Source: Geosiphon pyriformis uo1
Taxonomy: Eukaryota; Fungi; Glomeromycota
NCBI GenBank assembly: GCA_016748015.1
Contig: JAAOMT010000109.1
Coordinates: 269,820-333,819, forward strand
Reading direction: 5' to 3'
DNA length: 64,000 nt
This document shows, one piece after another, positions 51,369 through 64,000 of this stretch. Position numbers and translations under genes: made by a program. A model generated the notes under the pieces. That model ran no database searches. It saw only the letters and a list, made by a program, of their open reading frames with translations, and was not told the DNA's origin. How positions within the stretch are numbered: the first letter of the stretch is position 1; each line of letters starts with the position of its first letter.

Positions 51369-53614
51369 TGGTAATTAATAGACTAAACAGGTATTGGAAA
51401 GTTGCAAAAAAGTAACTTATATGTTTAGAACAATAGTTCAGATTATGTACAGATTTATTGATTGTTAATGTAGCACTGGCACACAACAATTCAGAAAAAG
51501 AGAAGATCATCAGCACTAGTCTCAAATCTTCATGCTTAAAATTATGTTTATTCAACCTATTTTTTTGAACGTATACCATGTTACCCAAAAACTTTTTACC
51601 ATTTGTATCATGTTCAAAGCATCCACCTTTAAAATGCGAAAAAGGCTTGCTATAGTCACAACCTACTGGGGTAAGTCTTAATCCTCAGTAATATCCTCTT
51701 ATACATTAGAGATTATCAAAACCATATTTTTAAGTTGAAAAAAAATTGTACATTCTTAGAATATTCATTTATATTAAAGGCCTAGGATAGTTCCATGTCT
51801 ACATATGCAAAATAAAGCATTCAGCCATTATTATGAAGATTTTTTTAGAGTGTAATTCTTAATTGCTCAGATTTGTTCCGGCAGTAAGTGCTTTTTAATA
51901 TGGAGAAAACCATTAAAATTTTCTCCAAATTCTGTGTTATTGTAAAATTGCTTTTATGTAAGCTTTAAATACGATAATTTACACTGAAAAATATAAATAA
52001 GAGGTTTATCCGTTTTTATTTTTTGATTCAAGTTGATCAAGTTCGAGTTATCCATCATTACCGTCTCTGCTGCATTGCCCCAATACACTTTCTCCCTCCA
52101 TTCTGCAGTTATCTAGGGCAACAAAAGTTTTGTAGAAGTGTCGTGTCTCGTCATGTTCTTACGAGGTTGCTTAAGTTACAGCACAAAACAAAATTATCAA
52201 ATGTAATACACAGCAACGACAACAAGCTTCGGGAAATATGCTTCTGTGACATTGAACAAATTGTTTCTCTGTGCAAGCATATCGATAACCTAATTGCGAA
52301 AAAAATGAAACTGGGTCTCCCTGCTTCAAAGAGTAAGAAACGCAGGGCTCAGCAACGCAACGAAGCAGTCTCGCACATAGGACGAAGGATTATGTGCCTG
52401 TAGAGTCAAATCCACAGGAAGGCGATCGTATTAGTGACTCCAATCGTCATACCCCCGTTTGAGGTGTCGGATATGAAAAATCGTAAAGCAAAGAAAAATC
52501 ATGACCGGAAAATGCTCTCCTGGACTCTGTTAAAATCTTATTGCCAAAATTAAGCTTGTAGATGTGTGTTAAGATAAAAAGATCGTAAGGTTCAACGTGT
52601 ACAATAATAAAAAGATGGTCATCCGAAATATAGTAGCCTTACTTAGCCTAGTACTTACTATTGATGTGTTACAATCTATCTTATCTTCAAATTTAAAAAT
52701 ATCTATGACAAAACAAATTTGTAATGCGTTGTTTTGAAATCCCGTAATCAACTAGTCACTTGACAGTAATTCCTTGCCATATAGAATGTGAAAAGCCTCA
52801 ACCTACATTAACGATCTCACAAAATATTCATATGTGTATGGTCTTTGATAAAACATTTAAAAATATTTAATGCCAATTTTGTGTTCAAAATAAAGATTCA
52901 CGTCAGGAATTATTTTAACGCAAAACTGGGCCCAAACCAATTGCCTAATTAAGCTTCCCTATTTCATCTTAAAAGTTGGATTCCAATATATTAATTAGTT
53001 TAACATGAAAAAAATTTCTGTTTTGGAATAAAATAAAATTAATTGGATGTTCTTTGTAAATATAATGGCACATTTAGAAAGCTAAAAGATCTTCAATCAA
53101 TACAAGATTGTGATATATTATTGCCTTTTAAATCCTTCAATAACTATTTTTAGTTCCATTTTCTTTAAAAAAGCCCAGACTAAATTTGAATAAGCATTAC
53201 AGTTTTTTAATTATTTGAATTTTGGCGATGACATGTAAATGACAAACTCTATTCACTTCCTGACCTTTATTTTTGAAAATTTCAATCATCTTACCTTGCA
53301 AAGATTATCCTTTTTCTTCACTAGTATGTAATTGATAAAACCCTTCTTGAAGACTTACAGCTCAATGATAACTTTGTCATTAATGATATTCATCAAAACA
53401 GGAAATGAGTGGGCAAACAATAATAAGATCGAGGTTACACAGAGAGAAAAGTTACTTATAGCTGGTCCAATCGCTAATCAATTCTCAGATTTAGATGATT
53501 TGTTTAACTTTTAAATACAAAGTCTAATTATATTCGATTTGTCTTTTTTTAATCACTTAAAGTTATTTCTTCTGATTGAATACCACGCTTCAAAAATATA
53601 TTGAGAATATAAGT

Positions 53615-54479
53615 ATGGATAAAGAACCAGAGAGAATCGTACTGAATGTTGGTGGTACTAAGGTGATTCATAGTATATAATTTCTGGCAAAAGACCTTTA
53701 ATCTCATTTTTTTTGCTGGTATGAATTATTGTAATAATTTTTAATAGTATGAGACCTATCGCTCAACACTTACCGCCTACCCACATACATTCCTTGGCAC
53801 AATGTTTCAGGATCGAAATAGGGCTTTATGTCATCCAGATGGAAACGAATATTTTATAGACCGAGATGGCCAAGTTTTTCGCTACATTCTTCAATTTTAT
53901 CGTACCGGCAAAATCTTATGGCCAGATGAGAATAAATATAAAGAACAATGTCATAGTTGTACAAACGCAGGTGGGATCAGCCGAAAAGAGCTAGAGCTTG
54001 AACTTGACTATTTTCAAATTCCATTTGATCATGATCAAGTTGGTAGTCTTTCCTATGTGAACCGAGCAGCCATTGCAACTGTTGATTCATTTATCGGTGC
54101 TTTAAAAGAAATCTTCTATAAAGTAGTGGCAAATTTTGGAACAACCGTAACCATCGTTTTTAATTATCGACAAATTCCTGATATATATACTACACAAAAG
54201 TTTGAGGGTGATATCAAAAAAATTTTGGCCCCGTTTGCATTGGTCGATTTAAATATCTTGGAAAAGTATGGTGATGAAATTCAGTCATGTTTGATGGCAG
54301 AAATACCCGAGTTGGTTTGTAAAATGGAGGATGCTAATGATCCGGTGGGACAATATCGCGGTCGTCAATTAAAGATGTCTGTGGCTAAAAGTTATGATGA
54401 TTCTGCTATTCGTGAATATTCTCGTCTCGGTAAATATTCTCGACTTGCTAAAGTTATAAAAGCTGTTAAAAGACCGTAG
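53615..54479 (+). CDS. KCTD-like protein (T1-type BTB/POZ), copy 2
   Basis: Exons 53615-53662 and 53748-54479. ERIVLNVGGTK|YETYRSTLTAYPHTFLG...EYFIDRDGQVFRYILQFYRTGK...ELDYFQIP. Confidence 0.92.
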
Positions 54480-54899
54480 TTTGATTTAACATGTTTGATT
54501 GTATATTAAAGGTACTATACACTTTTCCATTTTTTGTTTTGTTTTGCTTAAAAATAATTAAACCTATCGTTCCCTTACAGAATTTATCCCAAAAGTATTT
54601 TACTTGCTTTGGATTTGCAATATTTGAGTTTTAGCTATTTTTGTCAGAAAATCGGTCTTTAGGTGACTAGATATAGGTTAGGCTTTTTAACGAATTTAGA
54701 GCTTTTGCAGAAATTTTGATTTTCTGCTTTAAAGTTAAAAATCTTGAAAAAATTACAAAACCTAAAGCATCTAATTTTTTAGATTACAAACAAAACTTAT
54801 TTAATAAATTTGAGACTTAAATCAAGAAAAAATGGAACATAAGTTTTGAGTAAAATTATCTAATAATGTCTTCTTATATGTGATTACTTGTTGAATAAA

Positions 54900-57800
54900 T
54901 ATACATATTGCGAAATAGTATAAAAATAATATTACATACAAATTTATAAAAATTCTAATTTTTTTTCATGATATTAACATATATGATAACAATAGCTAGT
55001 TAATTAATTGCAACTATGGAATGTTTTATTATTACATATGTGCTAGTTTAAATTATATAAATCATTAATAATAGCTAATTTTCTGATATATTATTAATTA
55101 AGAGCATTTTTTTATTTATTAAGTTTGTATTGTTTTATTTGAATATTAAAATAAAATATACAAAAAATTATTTGTTATTATATATAAAAAGCTATATAAT
55201 TTTGAATATTTTAATATGCTTTATATTAAATATAAGATAAAAACTTTAAATTATGTCTTTATATATGTTTATAATATTGTTAAAAAAGAGTTTATTACCA
55301 ATAAATATATTGCTATCTAATTATTTTTAGTTGAAATTTTTATCACTAATTTATATATTTGTAAATACTATATAGTATTTAGTTTAATGTCTTAATATAT
55401 ATAACAGTTGTAAAAAGTTTTGTTAAGTTATTAAAATAATATGGTTTTGTTAAGAAATATATTTTATTATTATTAAATTTCTGTATAATTTTGTAGTTTT
55501 TTACAAAAATAAAATTTGGCTGTCCAATTTAATGCTTAAAAGTTTTGTTAAAAGTTTTTTAATTAGTTTTGGTTTCAAAAAAAATATTTGTTTAATTTTT
55601 GGTTTTTTTTGTGACTCTAAATATTAATGTGTTAAATAGTATTAATAACATATAATATAGTTTTAATTAACTTGAATAACTTGTTATATGTAGAAAGAGC
55701 ATAATTTAAATTATTTTAAAATAATTATTATAATATTATAATAGATAATTATAGGATTATATTTGTAAAATAAATAAATAAAATATTAAAAATAATTTAA
55801 AAAAGCAAAAAACAATTTTTATAATGTTTATTCAAGATATTTTAGAAAAAACAATATTATTTAACAATATTTATATATTATTTTTGGTTTTATATACAAA
55901 ATAACATTAAATAATATATTAAAATATTAAAAATAAAATTAAAATTAACAAAACTTCTTAATTTAATTAAAGTTACCAATTATTTAATAGAATTAATATT
56001 AATTTAATCAACTTTTATTTATTATAATTTATTTTACAAAATAATTCAAAGTAAAAAACATTTTAAAAATTAATACAAATTTATTAATAAATTAATGTAA
56101 TGTATCTAATCTTAATTTTCGCAATAAATACTGAATCAAAAAGAAGCATATTCATCAGGTTATTTTAAGAAAAAGTTTATCAGTTATGTAGAAGAAGATT
56201 AAAGATTATTCTGGCAATATTAGAAATAAATGTGCTAATTTCTATGCCAATACTATGGTTACCTTTAGGTCTGTTTTGCCTTTTGTGATATCTTCAGTGT
56301 TGAAGGCAGGTCTGTTTTTGGCAATGCTTATTATTTTATTAAAAAATTGTTTAATATGATTAATTTTGTTGGATGGGAAGCCAAGTGTATTGACAACATT
56401 ATAGATATAAATTTCTGTAATGGTTTTAATATGGTTAGGACTTTTAATGTTTGGCATCCTAATAATAAGATTTATTTTGACTGTACCAGCTTAGTATTAG
56501 CAATGCTTTGATTATATTTCATAAAGATGCTATAGTATTATTTGCCAATGGCTAAGAAAAAAAAAATGTATAATTCGAAATATCTAAGCACTATTTGTAT
56601 TTGATGTGAAATGGTAAAAGATTCTAATCATATGTTCTTTTGTACATATAACTGTGGTATTAGGAAAAAAATATTGTTAAATGCTGCTTTGGAGTGAGTT
56701 GAGTTGTTAGGAGCTTTTGCTAAAGAAAATATGATTGTTTGGTTTTTGTATAAAGCTGTTTTGTTTATTAATTTGTATTAAAGAATTGGATAGCTAATAT
56801 GATCTATTGTTTAGGTGTTAATTCAAAGAGTAATGTGATGGTTGTCAAATTGGTTTGTGGTTTCATTGAAAGTTACAGATCAACTGTTTGATTACTTGTA
56901 GTCAGATTAAAATTCTATTATAAGAAGCATAACTTCTTGTCACATGATAGATCTTCTGTTTTTTTAATATCTAGTTTGTTATCTTTTTGGTTTTCTAAAA
57001 TAGTTTGTAGTTTTGGCATTAGGTTAGATATTTATGTCTGCTTTGAATTGTATTCTGGTCTATCTAAGTTGAATTTTGGTTTTTTGTATAATGTTTCTAT
57101 AGTAAATAGCTTGAGTATATAGTGCTGTCTTGATTGGTTCAAGTGGTTGGTCAAATATAAAAAAAGCATGAATCTTACCTAATTTAAAATCTGATCTGAT
57201 TTTATGTACTTAGGTAGTAGTTGGACTCTACTTGTTAATTAAATAAAAAAAAGAAAAAATTAATATTAAAAAATATTTTGTAAATTATAAAGTTTTTATA
57301 TAATACTAAAATTAAATAGCAATTAAATAAAAATTTTAAACTAAAATAAAATAAATTATTTGATATATAAAGTTTTAAACAATAATTTATAACTATAATC
57401 AAAGCAAAATCTTTTAACAATATTTTTTTTTAAATATTAATAGTAAAAAACTGTCTTTAATAATTTTTAAAACACTTTTTTTTATCTTTAATTAATGGTT
57501 TTTTTTTAATCAAAGTTTTTTCTAAGAGATACATTAAAATTAATTTTAATATTATTTCTATATTTATAAAAGTCTTAATAAAAAGCTGATTAACAAGCTG
57601 GTTATTTTGTTTTGTTTATTATTATTATTATTATTATTATTACTACTACTTTATAAATAGCCAAAAAGACTAAAAACTTTAAAAAACAATAGTAATTACA
57701 GGTATTTACTATTGTTTTATTAAACACATTTATAATTTTAAATAAGATTTTAGATAAAATCTCTTTTATAATATTTTGTTTTTTTTTTAATTTAAGTAAT

Positions 57801-60800
57801 AATAACAATAATACATGTTTTAAGATAAACCAAGATTAATTATTAATTGTATTGCTAAATATAGTTTTTTTTAATAAATTATTGCTAATTTTAAAAACAA
57901 AACAAAACAAAACATATTTTTGGATGTGTTTTTAACTAATTAGTTTATTAAATTATTTGATTTTAAAGATTAGACTAGTCAAATGAAAATTAAGTTAACT
58001 GTTTTTTTTTTGTTTTTTGGTACTGTTTTTAATAATACTTAAAAAACAATTTCAGTTATTAAAAATTTTTTGAATAAGTAATTTTTGCTTTAATACTTAA
58101 TATTTTAAAATTAAATTGGTTTTGGTTAAATTTTTGTTTTATTTACTATCTGACTTTATTAGATTTAAATTAATTTCAAAAAACAATATCAAATTGTTTT
58201 GTGTAAATTTTGTTTCTAAATTTTTTTGTTAAAATTTCTATTAGTGATTTTTTTTTGATTATATTTAAGATTGCAAAGTCTTTTATAGTGGTTTTTGTTT
58301 CTTTTTTTTAGTTTATTATTGTACTTTATTATGTTTTTTGAGTATATTTTCTAATAATATTAAAAATATTTTTGATGTTTTTGATATTATTATTTTAATT
58401 AAGTTAAAGTTTGTTGGTTTATAGCAATATGCTATTGTTTATTTTAAGAACTTTTTTTTGTTGTTAGAATTCTTGCTTGCTAGTAAAAAAACAGTATCAA
58501 AATTATTTTTTGCTTAATTAAAAAGAAATTATTATTTTAAAAGACATTTTTAAAATTTTTTAGTTGTATTATTTTTAAAATTAGTGATTTAATTTTTCAA
58601 GTTGATGGTTATATACGTTTTATTTTTTATTAATATTTTGTTGTTATATTTTTTAAATTTATAAAAACTAATACTTTGTACAAGTATTATATTTAATAAA
58701 AACTTTTAAAGACTATTATTATTACTAATATTAATATAGAATTCTAAATTAAAGTTTTTGCTCTTTTAGCTTTCTTTAATATAATATCTTTAACTAAATT
58801 TATTGTTATTGCTAATAATTTATTAATTTTTTGAAGTTTAATTTAAAAAAATTGGCTAATCTAATTAAATTTATTCTTGTTTTTATTAGTTTTTTAGTGG
58901 TTGTATTCGAACAATTTTTTTAGAATAATTATAATACTTACTTATTATATAAACATAAGATTAATAAGTTTTTAAAACATATAATATTTTTAACAAAATT
59001 AGTAATAAAATAAACAAAAATATAATAGTAATTAAAAATAGAATATAATATAAAAAATAAACTTAATATGTTTAATTTTACTATTAATATTAATATAAAT
59101 AAGAATTTAGATTGTTTTAAACATAAAAAAATGGTTAATAATTTGATAATACTTTGAAAACATAAAATTTTTAATAAAATTAAATTTAATCTTATAAAAA
59201 CTACTTAGTAATTAGCTGGTTTAATTTTGAATAGTTATATAATAATTAAAATAATTTAAAAAATAACTTTTTTAAGTAAATTTACTTTTTTGGTTTCAAT
59301 ATTGTTTCTCATAAAGTAATTCAAAAATTAAATAATAGTTTAATATAATATAAATTAGCCAATAAACAGAATAAAAATTTCAGAAATACTAATAAGAATA
59401 TCAAAATTTTAGTAATTATTTAAAAAAAATGTAAAAATCACTAGAAATTTCAGAAATCTTGTATTGTAAAAATTTATGTATATAGAACAATAATATTAAA
59501 AACAAAAACAATAAAATTTAGTTTAATTATTACTAAGTAACTTTAAAAATTAAAAATCTAGCATTTAAGATGAACATATTTTAATAAAATTATTATTTAA
59601 ATTATCTATTATTCAATTTTTATAAATTAATTTTTATTTATTAAAACTTATTTACTTTGAAATTATTGCCAATAGTATTAATTTAATATTATTAATTACA
59701 TTAAAACAATAATTTCTGATTATAATTATTGAAAAATACTAATTTTTATTTTTCTATATTTTTTTTTGTGTTTAATTATTATTAATTAATTAAAAAAAAT
59801 ATTAAGATTATAATATCATAAATTGCTTACCAAAAGACACAGAAAATAACATATAAAATAGTTAAAAAATTAAGATTGCTTATTAGAAAAATAAAAAACA
59901 TTAAACTAAATAAGTTTTTATACCAAAAAAATTAAATACTAAGTATTATTAATTATTAATATTAAATCTCTGTTTATTATACAAAATATTCAAACCAACT
60001 AAAATTTTTAGATAATTAAAATTTTTTAAATTTAACCAATAAATTAAAAATATTAACTTATTGGCTAATATACAACCAATTATCTGTAACAATATAGTTT
60101 AATCTTAATTAACTTAAATAACTGGTCACATAAAAAAGCATGAGTTATATTAATTTTAAAATCTTATTTGATTGTATATTAATAGATAATAATTGAACTG
60201 TATTTGTTAAATAAATAAATAAAAAACTAAAAATTATTATTAAAAAATTCCAAAACTTGGAATTTAATTATTTTTTATTATTTTTTATTGAAATAAATTA
60301 AACTATTTAACAAAATAGTTTAATAACACAAATTTTTTTTTAAAAAAATATACATATTTTATTTATTTATTTTATTTTAGTTTTAATTTTTTGAAAAATT
60401 TAACATTTACATTACAAATTAATAGTAGTATTAAAAACAATTTAATCTTTTTATTACAAATAATTGATATATTAAATATGATTAAAAAAATTACTTATAT
60501 AAAAAATATACAAAATTTTTTGGTAAAATACATATGTTACAACTTTTTAAAATATTTTAAAAAAGTTTATGGCATTTATTTTTATTGATATTTTTATCGA
60601 TACAACTATACAACAAGTACTTCAATAAATAAACAATTATAATTTAGTTTATTTTTATTTTAAAATTAAAAACTTAATAAATTAAAACTGAAACTTAAAG
60701 CAATACATTTACTTTAAATATTATTAGAAAACAAGTTCATAAAAAATTCAACACAATAACTGTTTTAACAAATATTTATTACAAAATTAAAGCTATTTAA

Positions 60801-61000
60801 TACTTGCAAAAAATTTTCAGAATGTATTAATAAAATATTAAAATTCAATATATTAAATAGCTTACAAAATTGGAATTCAACAATTTTCCAATAAAATATT
60901 AACAGCCATAATAGATTATTATGTAAAATTCTTAAAGTTTGATAAAGCTTAATTTTTTTAAAAATAACATTAGTCAAAAATTTAAATCAAAAATTAACAA
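54900..61000 (-). mobile_element. Heavily eroded transposon relic, probably a non-LTR retrotransposon (boundaries approximate)
   Basis: Extreme AT content, almost no CpG, strand skew. The minus strand at 57230-56100 keeps a long pseudo-frame (NIIQKTKIQLR*TRIQFKAD; NSA*IFRIIH) loosely like the RNase H / post-RT region of LINEs. The family call is tentative. Confidence 0.4.
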
Positions 61001-64000
61001 AGTAACTTAGCATACATTATTATGTTTTTATTTTTATTTTAGTATTTTTTAATTTGTTAATATTTACAAATGTAATTAAATGTTCTAATTAAATTATACA
61101 TTATTCTAAATTATATAACAATCAAAAATTTGCCAAAATTTGAATAGTGTAAGTGTAATTTGAAAGAGCTTACCAAAATATTTAAAGTTTACTGAATGCG
61201 CATTTATTTTAAAAAAATTCATTAAAATTCTTGTAAATAAATAGTGTTACAACTTAAAATAGTAGTATAAAAAATGTATTTTACAACAGATAAATAGTTT
61301 TAACACTTAAAATAAATGCGATTCACTTAACAATTTTTTGCCTAACCATAAGCAATAAAAACATTTTTTTTCTATTTGCTATCAAGTTTTTAGTAATTAA
61401 CTTTAAGAAATTAGTTTAGTTTTATTTTTAAAGCCCAAAAAACATTTTAAAACAGGTTAAAATTGCAATTATTTTATAAAATAACTTTTGAATTCTTAGA
61501 TTTCGAACATAGTGCTATTAAATTTGAACTTAATTTACTGAAAAATAACTTAGTATTTGGGCTTCTCAATAAATTGTAATATTTAAATTGAATTTTGAAT
61601 TCGTTGCAATCTTCCAAAATATGAGTTATTACACCAGAAACCTTTTACAGTTAAAAATGGTTTACAAATACAACAAATTTTGGGTTATCAGAAGCAAATC
61701 TGCAGCATTTAACATTATTACTATTGGATATTAAATTTTCAGTTATATTGCAATAACAAAAATTGGTTTTTTTATTTTAAAAACATGAAAAAACAAAAAC
61801 ACTTCTAATATTATTTGGTACTTTCTTAAAATTAACATATTAATTGAAAGTTGTACAAAGTGACAACCATTAAAACAATAATCTTAAAATATGATTGACA
61901 GTTTTATATTTATTTTAAATAAAAATTTGGGATTTCAAAAGATTAAAAATTGCACTTTCCGAGTACATTAAAAACTAAATCAATAGCATTACAACAGTAA
62001 AACAAAATTCACTTGAAAAAATTTTACACTATTGAATATAATAATGGTCTATATATTTTATAACTTAATATAAAATAGGTTCAATAATGATTTGTTTATA
62101 AAACTCAATTCAAATATATCTGAATAATTTGAATATCAGTTATTATAAAATTAATAATATTGATTAAAGATTAAAAAAATAAAATATATAACAAAATTTC
62201 AAAATAAATTTAATTTAATATATAAGAACAACCAAAAATTTAGCTTATACATATTAATTTTATTTTTTTAATCATTTTATTGTTTTCAAAATATCGTAAC
62301 AATTTTTTTTAAAGTTAAATTATTTTCAAATAAAATTGGCTAAAGTGATGTCAATGTTTTTTAAATTTTTCGATAAGTTATTTTAAGTGTAATTTTTTAA
62401 ATTTCATTCAGAATAATCAAATTGTGGTATTAAGATAATTTAAATATGTTTTTGATTTCAAATTCGATTTTTGATAATAATTACCATAATACTATTAAAA
62501 TTGTCAAATCAATTGACATTTTTGTTTATTTTTTTGAAAAATATATTCGAATTTTGAATATTCATTATTTTGGTCATTAATACAAGCTTGCTGGTTTATG
62601 AATACTAGCGAAATTAGTAACATATGTATATTTGACAAGGTCTCTTTCCTAGAAGCTCTTTGCAAACAGAGGCACTTGTTAGATAAAATTCAATTTTCTT
62701 TTTTGTGAAACATCAAAGTTCTTTCTTACTAAGTCAAAAAATTATATATATTTGAAATAATTCAAAGTTTCATTTATTTGTTTGTTTGTTCATTAGCATT
62801 TCTCTTAAATGTTTAATTACCAAATAATTAAAATGGTACAAAAATATAAGTATAATACTTCAAATGAATAAATTAGATGAGGACAATTCTAGTTTAATTA
62901 TAAGATATCTAACATTAGGAGTTTCTCATCTGCAAGATAAATACAATGGTATTATCTGTTAATTTGTCAATTTACTTACATTAAACTCAAGTAAATCAAA
63001 AAAGGTTTGAATTGAAATCCTTTTTTTAGTATCTGTTTTCTATCATTTGGCGAAAGATCAAAATTGACCTGTTCCAAAGAAAAAATGAAAACTTCTTTTT
63101 TATTCATTTGATCTACATTTATATTCATATAAAAGAAAAATTTAATTCTAGTAAAAAGTTAATATCCCAGTGAAAAAAGTGGGATCTGAAAGAATTTTTA
63201 AGCAATTGGTTAATTCACAAATTTTTTGAAAAAAGTAGACAGACACATCAAAAATGTTCTAGTGGTTCATTTCATTTTATCCACCCTTAATATGTTAAAG
63301 GTACAACATAAGATGATAATAATGTTACAATTTATGATCTTCTGTAAAAAAAGGCTAAAGATAGTTGAGTAATCTTGAAAAGGAGATAAGTGTAAGAGCT
63401 TTCTAATTCTATTCCTAATTTTTAAATTAAGATTTACAAATTCTCTTAATATTTAGAAATTGGTATTCTTTTTGTACAATAAAAATAGGTTTTATAGTCA
63501 CAAGCCAAATTAGGGTCGCACCATTCGAAAAGATCAAAAAAAATTATTTTAAATTAAATTTCAGTCGGTTTTTTTGGAATGAATATAAAAGAATTCTGTA
63601 CAAATCAAGTTTTCTCAAGTTTTTACTAAGCAATTGCCGTTTTTAAATAGCATAACCTTATATTTATTCTATACAATATATTCACTCATCACGTAAACTC
63701 ATTTGAAAAGTTTTCTCTCTTTGAAATCCTTATGCTATGAATAATAATGTTCGAACAATAAACAAAAAGCAATTTTAACCTTGATAAAAATTCAAAACCT
63801 AAATTATTGTTTCTCAAGTACGTTATGGAAAATATTTGATCTATCTGTTTTCAATATTACGATAAAATATTTGTTGTTTCAATCAATTTATCTTGTTTTC
63901 TTTAAAAATGCTTCAAGCTTTATGTTGTATTTGATATTCAATGAAAATCGAACATTTTAAACTTCTACTGGCTAACTTTTTATTCGAATCTGAAAAGTAA

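Noticed and set aside
52560-52578. Possible second Nextera ME (AGATGTGT...)
   Set aside because: Only the first 8 bases match AGATGTGTATAAGAGACAG, which is expected by chance.
57235-60977. Ile/Lys/Phe/Asn-rich 60-70 aa ORFs
   Set aside because: Expected by chance in extremely AT-rich eroded DNA. No ATG context or domains.

Overview
AT-rich, intron-containing eukaryotic DNA. The velvet gene makes it fungal. The BTB and Myb gene types, short GT-AG introns and very low GC suggest an early-diverging fungus, probably Glomeromycotina (inference). I reconstructed 10 spliced genes by hand: a GPI-anchored Ser/Thr-rich wall protein, a secreted S28 peptidase, a DUF3712/Tag1-like membrane protein, a divergent velvet factor, an R2R3-type Myb factor, three MATH-BTB genes and two KCTD-type (T1-BTB) genes. 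There is also one single-exon membrane protein and one repeat-disrupted gene. The five BTB genes lie within about 24 kb and form a mixed cluster of putative Cullin-3 adaptors, the most system-like feature here. Other contents: Tc1 (DD34E) transposon relics, a large C/G-eroded relic that is probably a non-LTR retrotransposon, an ~1.56 kb tandem array that appears to have grown out of a coding exon, many microsatellites, four N gaps, and an exact Tn5/Nextera mosaic-end 19-mer at 873-891 (assembly artefact). No rRNA, tRNA or CRISPR array was recognised.
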